NCBI GenBank assembly: GCA_937899865.1
Contig: CALBRH010000025.1
Location: 1 to 64,000 of the forward strand
Length of the DNA: 64,000 nt
Direction of reading: 5' to 3'
DNA from: an uncultured euryarchaeote
GTDB taxonomy: Archaea > Thermoplasmatota > Poseidoniia > Poseidoniales > Poseidoniaceae
The translations under genes were made by a program, and so were the position numbers. Below, in pieces: positions 56,978-64,000 of the stretch (position 1 is the first letter of the stretch; each line of letters starts with the position of its first letter). The notes beneath the pieces were generated by a model that saw only the letters and a list, made by a program, of their open reading frames with translations, was not told the DNA's origin and made no database searches.

Positions 56978-59900
56978 ATGTCCGCCGCTACATCTTGGCG
57001 TAGTGCCCTGTTTTTGGCCATTCTTATGGCAATTATCGGGCCTTTGCAAATGACAGGTAATATTACTGCTAATTCAGCAGAATTCACCACATTAGCAGAA
57101 GAAAATACAGTTAAGTTTTCAACGATTGGAAATGACGAATTTATTCAATTGATTGGCGATGGCGCTGTTAACAATGATTTCACTGTTGAAGTTCCAAGCA
57201 CATCTCCAATTTCAGATTTGCAACTTAGCATTGAGCCATCTGTCATGCAAACACATTATGGATTCGTATGGAATAGTGATGCGATTTGGTCAAATGCAGA
57301 TGCTACTAAAAATGGAACAGTTGTTGAGGTGAATTCACTAACTGGTTCAACAGCAGGAACCATCTGGGATTTCAATACTGGATTACAAGGCTGGACTGTA
57401 TCGAACCCAACCTTTGTTGGCCGATATACCAATACTTGTGGTGTTAATGGAACTTCAGGTGGTTCAATAAAGACTCAAGCGAATTATAACGCGCCTCATC
57501 ATGCGACTTCACCGCGAGTTAATCTTGCTGGCGCTCAAAGCATGCCTTTACATGCTTGGGTTTTACAAGGCTCCTTTAATTGTGGAGAAGAGCCAGATAC
57601 TAATGAAGATCTCCAAATTCAATATATTACTTCCAGTGGCAACTGGGTTACATTGAATACATGGGCAGGCTCAACATCAGGAGGGACCGCTCAGCAATGG
57701 TCAACCAATTTGCCTGCTGCTGCACTTCATTCGGCCACTCAAATTAGAATCAACCAAGTAAGTGGTTCAGGTGCGAGTGGTACATGTTGTGATTTTTGGT
57801 TTGTTGACGATGTTCATTTAGCATCTCCACCGGAATCTCACTGGATAAGTCCGACAATCGGTTGGGGGCAAGGTGCAGTACAACCGGTTTCAAGAAGCAC
57901 ATACGCACCAATATATCTCGATGCTGTCATTCCTCAAGGCGCTTTCCTAAATTGGTCAATACTTGATGCAAACGGTGTTGAAATCATGGGCGCCTCTGGT
58001 AGTAATGATGCTATGATACCACTCAATATGATAGATTATGAAGCGTATCCGTTGATAAGACTAAAATTAGAGTTTAGAGGTTCGCCTATCGGCACAGGAA
58101 TTCCTATTCTACATTCGATTGCTGGAGACGGACAGATTCATACAAATTTCAGAGGTAGTATCCTAAATCAAGATTGGGAAGCTGCTTGTATGCAAGGTGG
58201 AACAGTTTCTTTTACAACAGGGGCAACTGCAACTGCGGATTGTAACTTGACTTCACCTTGGTATAACCCTCTAAGTCCCGCCAAAGGGATTACAGGAAAC
58301 ATAGAACTAACTAACGGAATTTTACAAATTCGTTATTCCGATTCGGCTAATTGGACTAATTTGACTTCTCCTACATTTACCGATCAAAATGACGAAACAA
58401 TATACCGGTATCAATTACGTGTGATTCATGATAATTCAAGTACAAATTCATGGAAATCTAGTTCACTTTCGTGGACATTACTAAGCGGTAAACATCCAGC
58501 TGAACCTGCTATTGACTTTAATCAGGATGGATTTGTAGAATGGGGTGGCAGCGATAACAGAGTTGGCTCATGGGGCTGGCAAGACCGATTTGAAAATGGA
58601 GAAGAGATAATCTCAGTCACACCAGGGATTTCCGGAAGCGATAGTGTATCTGCATGGTTGCCACGAGACAATATCCAATCTTTTTCAGTCGGCGTGATGG
58701 CAGAGACTGGAGTGCTTACTGGAATATATTTGAGAGTTGCCAATCAACTGATTGCTAATTGGTCATATGATAGTGTCAAAAGTGCATACATTACACTAAA
58801 TTCATCTCAACTTTACGCATTGAGTTATGCTGCCTCTACGGCATCTAGTGTTGGATTCTTAGGGTCTAATTTCGTGCAAATGGATTTTGAAGTCACCGGA
58901 ACTGGTGGCATGAAGATGGCAGGATTATCTGTTCCTTATCCTGTATCTGTATATCTTGACTCTGATCAACAATCACCGATGGTTTTGGGTATTAATGATG
59001 CAAGATCAACTCTTTCAGATGTTAATGGCCAGCACATTATCCCAGTCCCATTTGTCTCAGATACAGCAGGTGGAATGATGGTTACTCTTGATGGAGTAAA
59101 TTATTCATCCGATGTAGAGGTATTAAATTCCTATATGGAAGACCCAGTGCAAGTAATTACTACTAGCCAAAAATGGCATACAATGCACACTAATTTCAAA
59201 GTTAGTGCTTCGAATCCAGGTCTAGTTAGGCTCGATGTAGTCGGTGATAACAATCATGCAACATGGTTAATTCCAAGCGGGGGAGGTTCTCCAATTGGGC
59301 AAGGAGATAGCGAATTAGTAGAATTACATCCAACAAAATGGCTTAATTTCACTCAAAACGGTGATGACGTTAGTGTTGCGGTAAAATATCGAATTGAGCC
59401 AGGATGGGATGATGAAGAATATTTAACTGCATCAACAAGATTGGTTCTCTCCAACGGTGTAGTCTCAATTCCAGCAACCCATTCTTGGGGCAGCACTACC
59501 GGTGGCTCCAAAGCGTTGGAAAACGATTTGGAAATAAAAAGTGTCACATTTTCAACAGAACTTGGCGAATTGCCGAGTGATGAATATTATCTGCCAGCAG
59601 GGCAAGATGTTGATATTTCAGTCGATATTGGATTTGAAGGCTTGACTGGTAGTGAATCATTTGCCGATGGAGATGCATTGTTGTCATTGTATCAAGGCAG
59701 TAATGAAATTGCTAATACTACAATGCTTGATGTTGATATGTGGAATTATACCGATACAGTACCATTCACTAATGGAGTTCTAGATTGGCGAGTTGAAGTT
59801 GTATCACTTGCTGGCGGAGGAGTTACTGATGACGCAGTGCAAGAGAGAACGTTCTTTGCTGATTCTGTAGTTCCATCTGTTTATTGGTCTAGTGTTGCAG

Positions 59901-62137
59901 CATACGATCACAGAGTTCCATCTTCCACTCAAACAATCCAAGTACAAATTACCGACCAACCATTACTTCCTTCAAACATTGAAGCAATGGTTTGGCGAGA
60001 GTGGGTTAACGATTATGACTTCAATGGTCAACCAAGTCCAGATGAGTATGAGTCTTTCTCAAATGTATTGCTGCCTAATGATATGACTGCTTTTGTTGGG
60101 CAATACACAATATTGCTTGACGATAGTGGCGGTGTTATTGGTGACAAAGTTGCCGTTTATCTAACGGGTAATGACGCCGCTGGCCATCCACTAGAAGATA
60201 ATGGAACTGGTGAACAAGGAGACCACCTCTTCATGTATCAATTGAAGGCTGATGGTCCACCATCAATTCCTACTGCAGCATTTACTTGGGAAGGAGGTAG
60301 ACAGACATGGCTTCACCCAATGATAACTTATGAATTCGATGTCATGATGAATGAACCTAATGGTGGCTCTGACTTAAGCGTCGTCGAAGTTCAATTAGCC
60401 TCACAGCAAAATAGTGATCAGTTGCCGATTTCTTGGGATTTCATGACCGGAGATTGTACTACGACTAGTCCACATTTAGTTATCGAAGATTGTCAAATGG
60501 TTGGGCAAGATGGAATTGCAGGTCCATATGAAGAAGACATAACATTGAATGTAGAATTCCATTTGCTTTGGACGATACCAGATTTAGGTGATACCAAACG
60601 TGAACCTAAATTGATTGTAATGGACCGTGCAGGTAATACCGACCAACAATCTTTCCCAACTTTGAGATGGCGTTCTTCTGGCGACATGTATATCCCTGAC
60701 GAAACTATTCAACTAATTATCAATCAAGGAACTGTTGTAGAAGATGGTGCGAGAATTGCTCCAAGTAGTTCTTTTGAAGTATCTGGAGATGTATTATTCC
60801 AAGAAACCAATACAAGACCTGACTTTGATTGTCCTGTTAGTGTAATGTTTGATGGAGTCACCTATCCAACTACTGCAATCGATGGTTCATGGACTGCGGT
60901 TGTGACAGCTTCAGAAAACTCAGGCAAGAAAGCATTGACATGGGGTATAGATTGTATATCTGGGCAAGGAAATGATGCCACAGATGAGTCAGACAATAGG
61001 TGGATTTTGATAGACGGAACAGGACCTACTCCAGTTGAAATTATTAATCCAAGACCTAATACGATTCTCGAAACTGAGGTGTATGAGGTAAGAGTTGCAA
61101 TCAATGAAGAAGGTGGACTTGATGTCGAATCATTACAACTTGAGTGGTGGGTTGAAGACGCAGATACAGGAGATAGATTAGTCAGTGGTTTTGAGACTAT
61201 GATGCTTGAGGGCGATGATATAGAAGGGACACAACTGGAAGTTTATGCCAATGTTGATTTGTCAGAGATTACTGACACTATGATAGAAAAACGACTAATA
61301 TTGTTCATTAAGATAAATGGAAGAGACCTTGCTGATAATGCAATAACTGGAATGAACGGCGCACCGTCTGGTAGCCAAATCGCTCAATGGGATCTTGAGT
61401 GGTTGAGGCCAGAATTCACTATTGGACCACTTGATGTGTCATATACTCGATTGATTCTTGAAGTTGGACAATCAACTTCAGTTCAAGCTCTTGTTAGTAA
61501 TATTGGTTCATTGGACGGAACTGTAGATGCTACTGCCTATGTCGTAAGATTAAACGGTACTAAAGAGGTCTTACAGAGGCCAAACATGGAGATTCCTGCA
61601 GAAGGAAAGGGACTAATCTCCATAGATTGGGTCCCAACAACTGAAGGTATACAGTGGATTGAAGTTGAACTTGATAATGGTCAAACAGCCAAAGGCCCAA
61701 CAGTAGATGTTCGACCTGCGAGAGAACAGGGTTTTGTCGAGAACTTATTCGGTGATGTAAATCCAATTATCGGATCGGTAGTAGCGCTCATTTTCGTCTC
61801 AATTATTGCGACTTTACTGATTTGGGCAAGAAAGGCAACGAGAGGTAGAGGCTCTCGTTCTGAATATGATTGGGATGAATATTCATCTGAAATCGATTAT
61901 GATGACTACGATGATTACGAAGATGAAGGTGTAACTGAATACGAAGAACAGCGGTCAATCGAACCTGCTGCATCAGTAAGTGCTGCTTCAGCAGCCTTAA
62001 CCGGTGGATCAGAGGCTACTACTGAAGAAGAAAACGATTGGGTAATGGGCGCTGACGGTTACTGGTGGTACCATGACAAAGATACAAATGAATGGTGGTA
62101 CAAAGACGAGAATGGCGACATTGTCAAATTTAGTTAA
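56978..62137 (+). CDS. Giant single-pass surface protein with reelin-like jelly-roll and Ig/CARDB-like domains and an acidic, aromatic cytoplasmic tail
   Basis: Signal peptide, beta-rich ectodomain, CARDB-like region (VSNIGSLDG), TM IIGSVVALIFVSIIATLLIW, acidic tail ending DWVMGADGYWWYHDKDTNEWWYKDENG. Start moved to ATG 56978. Confidence 0.78.
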   Translation: MSAATSWRSALFLAILMAIIGPLQMTGNITANSAEFTTLAEENTVKFSTIGNDEFIQLIGDGAVNNDFTVEVPSTSPISDLQLSIEPSVMQTHYGFVWNSDAIWSNADATKNGTVVEVNSLTGSTAGTIWDFNTGLQGWTVSNPTFVGRYTNTCGVNGTSGGSIKTQANYNAPHHATSPRVNLAGAQSMPLHAWVLQGSFNCGEEPDTNEDLQIQYITSSGNWVTLNTWAGSTSGGTAQQWSTNLPAAALHSATQIRINQVSGSGASGTCCDFWFVDDVHLASPPESHWISPTIGWGQGAVQPVSRSTYAPIYLDAVIPQGAFLNWSILDANGVEIMGASGSNDAMIPLNMIDYEAYPLIRLKLEFRGSPIGTGIPILHSIAGDGQIHTNFRGSILNQDWEAACMQGGTVSFTTGATATADCNLTSPWYNPLSPAKGITGNIELTNGILQIRYSDSANWTNLTSPTFTDQNDETIYRYQLRVIHDNSSTNSWKSSSLSWTLLSGKHPAEPAIDFNQDGFVEWGGSDNRVGSWGWQDRFENGEEIISVTPGISGSDSVSAWLPRDNIQSFSVGVMAETGVLTGIYLRVANQLIANWSYDSVKSAYITLNSSQLYALSYAASTASSVGFLGSNFVQMDFEVTGTGGMKMAGLSVPYPVSVYLDSDQQSPMVLGINDARSTLSDVNGQHIIPVPFVSDTAGGMMVTLDGVNYSSDVEVLNSYMEDPVQVITTSQKWHTMHTNFKVSASNPGLVRLDVVGDNNHATWLIPSGGGSPIGQGDSELVELHPTKWLNFTQNGDDVSVAVKYRIEPGWDDEEYLTASTRLVLSNGVVSIPATHSWGSTTGGSKALENDLEIKSVTFSTELGELPSDEYYLPAGQDVDISVDIGFEGLTGSESFADGDALLSLYQGSNEIANTTMLDVDMWNYTDTVPFTNGVLDWRVEVVSLAGGGVTDDAVQERTFFADSVVPSVYWSSVAAYDHRVPSSTQTIQVQITDQPLLPSNIEAMVWREWVNDYDFNGQPSPDEYESFSNVLLPNDMTAFVGQYTILLDDSGGVIGDKVAVYLTGNDAAGHPLEDNGTGEQGDHLFMYQLKADGPPSIPTAAFTWEGGRQTWLHPMITYEFDVMMNEPNGGSDLSVVEVQLASQQNSDQLPISWDFMTGDCTTTSPHLVIEDCQMVGQDGIAGPYEEDITLNVEFHLLWTIPDLGDTKREPKLIVMDRAGNTDQQSFPTLRWRSSGDMYIPDETIQLIINQGTVVEDGARIAPSSSFEVSGDVLFQETNTRPDFDCPVSVMFDGVTYPTTAIDGSWTAVVTASENSGKKALTWGIDCISGQGNDATDESDNRWILIDGTGPTPVEIINPRPNTILETEVYEVRVAINEEGGLDVESLQLEWWVEDADTGDRLVSGFETMMLEGDDIEGTQLEVYANVDLSEITDTMIEKRLILFIKINGRDLADNAITGMNGAPSGSQIAQWDLEWLRPEFTIGPLDVSYTRLILEVGQSTSVQALVSNIGSLDGTVDATAYVVRLNGTKEVLQRPNMEIPAEGKGLISIDWVPTTEGIQWIEVELDNGQTAKGPTVDVRPAREQGFVENLFGDVNPIIGSVVALIFVSIIATLLIWARKATRGRGSRSEYDWDEYSSEIDYDDYDDYEDEGVTEYEEQRSIEPAASVSAASAALTGGSEATTEEENDWVMGADGYWWYHDKDTNEWWYKDENGDIVKFS

Positions 62138-62142
62138 CCACG

Positions 62143-63918
62143 GTGAGTCTTTTGTCCAAAATTATCGGCTTGTTACAAATTGATTCTACAGTCGGTGATT
62201 TGGCAGGTAATGCAAAACGATTGGAATTGTTAGCAAATATCGCTAACCAAAACGGAGCCAAATTGGCAGTTGCTACCGAGTTGGCAATCTGTGGCTATCC
62301 ACCTCGTGATCTATTACTGCAACCAGATTTCATCACTACTTCATTTGAATCCGCTAAATCTCTGAATGTGGATATTCCAGTACTTGTTGGGACTCCAGTT
62401 CCATCCGAGCACGAGAGGAATTTGCCTGCTAATGGGGTAGTACGTTCTGGATTACTAAACGCATCGCCAAATGGAGAAAACACCAATAGAGTGGTGGCCA
62501 AAAAACAACTTTTACCTTCATATGACGTTTTTGATGAAACAAGATATTTTTCACCGGCAAATCGTTCTGGTATTTGTCGCTCAATCGGTGATATTGACCT
62601 TGGAGTGACAATCTGTGAGGATGCTTGGCAAGCTGCGGGAATGACACCATCTACATATGGACAAGACCCAATCGAGAGCCTTGCTGAGTGGGGGCGACAA
62701 GGTGTAGCACTTGATGCTACGGTTAATCTTTCAGCCTCGCCGTACCACGCTGATAAAGTAAGTACAAGAATAGAAGTTTGTCGTACAGCCGCCCGTATTT
62801 TACAACATCCATTTTTACTGTCCAATCAAGTTGGAGGCAATGATGATTTGTTATTCGATGGTTGCTCATTGGTAGCATGGCCAAACGGTAGAGTAGTGGT
62901 TGCACCTGCTTGGCAAGAAGGAGTTTTACTGGTTGATTTAGAACAGCCAGATAACTGTAAATGGGTAGGTATGGATAGTAGTGATGCGCTCTCAATTGGT
63001 AGTGATGAAATCAAATTCCTTGCTAGCGAATCAGATGGTCACGAAGATTCTGCATCATTAATCGAAGACATTACCGATGCTGTGATTACTGGACTTGCTG
63101 ATTATTGTCGTAAATCTGGTATCAAAAAGATAGTTCTGGGATTATCAGGTGGTATCGATTCAGCTGTTGCTGCTTGTGTTGCATGTGCAGCAGTAGGTTC
63201 GAAAAATGTGCTTGGAATTGCGATGCCAAGTCGATTTTCATCACAACACTCACTGGATGATGCACAGTATACTGCTAATTCTCTTGGTATGGAATTCAAA
63301 ATACAATCTATCGATGATATGCATTCGACATTGGAATCCCAAATCAGTAGCGTACTCGAAAATGGTAATCCCGTGGCATCTGAAAATATTCAGTCACGTT
63401 TGCGTGGAATAATTGTCATGGCTCATGCTAATGCGCAAAATAGAATGGCGATTGCAACCGGAAATAAATCCGAACTCGCTCAAGGTTATTGCACATTATA
63501 TGGCGATATGGCTGGAGGTTACACGCCACTTGGCGACTTGTATAAGATGCAGGTTTACGCCCTTGCAGAAATTTTCAATCAACGCGCAATAGCCATTGGC
63601 CAAGCGCCACCAGTGAATCAATCAACATTAACAAAACCACCATCTGCAGAGTTGGCACCAAATCAGAAAGATGAAGACTCATTACCGCCATATGAGGTAT
63701 TGGATGAGATATTAAGACTCCATATTGAAAATACTATGGATGCAGATGATATTGTTAATGCGGGATATGACCGTTCTGTTGTAGTCGATGTACTTACTAG
63801 ACTTGAGCGCAATGAGCACAAGCGCTGGCAAATGTCACCAGCACCTCGTGTGACTGGTAAAGCGTTTGGTCAAGGTTGGCGTAGACCATTAGCATCAAGA
63901 CATGATTGGCGTGATTGA
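62143..63918 (+). CDS. nadE: Glutamine-dependent NAD+ synthetase
   Basis: Nitrilase domain (TELAICGYPP, KQLLPSYDVFDE.RYF, ICED) plus synthetase domain (LSGGIDS, ENIQSR.RG, TGNKSE, GYCTLYGD, PSAEL). Confidence 0.94.
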   Translation: MSLLSKIIGLLQIDSTVGDLAGNAKRLELLANIANQNGAKLAVATELAICGYPPRDLLLQPDFITTSFESAKSLNVDIPVLVGTPVPSEHERNLPANGVVRSGLLNASPNGENTNRVVAKKQLLPSYDVFDETRYFSPANRSGICRSIGDIDLGVTICEDAWQAAGMTPSTYGQDPIESLAEWGRQGVALDATVNLSASPYHADKVSTRIEVCRTAARILQHPFLLSNQVGGNDDLLFDGCSLVAWPNGRVVVAPAWQEGVLLVDLEQPDNCKWVGMDSSDALSIGSDEIKFLASESDGHEDSASLIEDITDAVITGLADYCRKSGIKKIVLGLSGGIDSAVAACVACAAVGSKNVLGIAMPSRFSSQHSLDDAQYTANSLGMEFKIQSIDDMHSTLESQISSVLENGNPVASENIQSRLRGIIVMAHANAQNRMAIATGNKSELAQGYCTLYGDMAGGYTPLGDLYKMQVYALAEIFNQRAIAIGQAPPVNQSTLTKPPSAELAPNQKDEDSLPPYEVLDEILRLHIENTMDADDIVNAGYDRSVVVDVLTRLERNEHKRWQMSPAPRVTGKAFGQGWRRPLASRHDWRD

Positions 63919-63957
63919 ATTCGATGGTCATAAAAATCAACTGCTTTACCTCGGGTT

Positions 63958-64000
63958 ATGTCCGGCGAAGTTGTCAACATTGCAGGCTATCGGTTCACCG
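63958..64000 (+). CDS. Start of a CDS truncated by the window edge, possibly a TrhO/YceA-like rhodanese protein
   Basis: Only 14 codons visible (MSGEVVNIAGYRFT); resembles the NIAGYKF N-terminus of that family. Confidence 0.3.
   Translation, partial: MSGEVVNIAGYRFT

Noticed and set aside
1-64000. CRISPR arrays, rRNA, tRNA, transposases, integrases, prophage or defence genes
   Set aside because: None recognised; nearly all sequence is covered by long ORFs and the intergenic gaps are too short or lack the relevant structure. This was by eye; tRNAscan and CRISPR tools were not run.

Overview
A very gene-dense window with no CRISPR array, rRNA, tRNA, transposase or integrase that I could recognise. 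The informational genes are archaeal (TBP, NMD3, exosome Csl4, archaeal SepF, KaiC/RAD55-like ATPase, mevalonate kinase) and carry archaeal TATA and GGTGA-type SD signals. They are interleaved with bacterial-type metabolic genes (IcmF, FadD, ABC-F, SMUG1, IleRS2, Gln-dependent NadE) and very large membrane-anchored surface proteins. This mix points to a marine planktonic Thermoplasmatota, most likely Marine Group II (Ca. Poseidoniales); that assignment is inference, not a database result. Best leads: (1) an exosome cap protein Csl4 fused to two RRM domains; (2) five single-pass surface proteins whose cytoplasmic tails each end in a small interaction module (EF-hand pair, zinc ribbon, a shared GLPxGWTMEQWxYYG motif, a Trp/Tyr-rich hairpin), with a rhomboid protease beside one of them; (3) a CcmA-CcmB fusion with ccmC and ccmD; (4) a Frag1/DRAM-like protein, a reelin-repeat-like domain, a GIHH-motif IleRS, and insertions in TBP and mevalonate kinase. 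Domain calls come from motif recognition by eye and need HMM or structure confirmation. Where I moved a start codon relative to the ORF track, the evidence says so.
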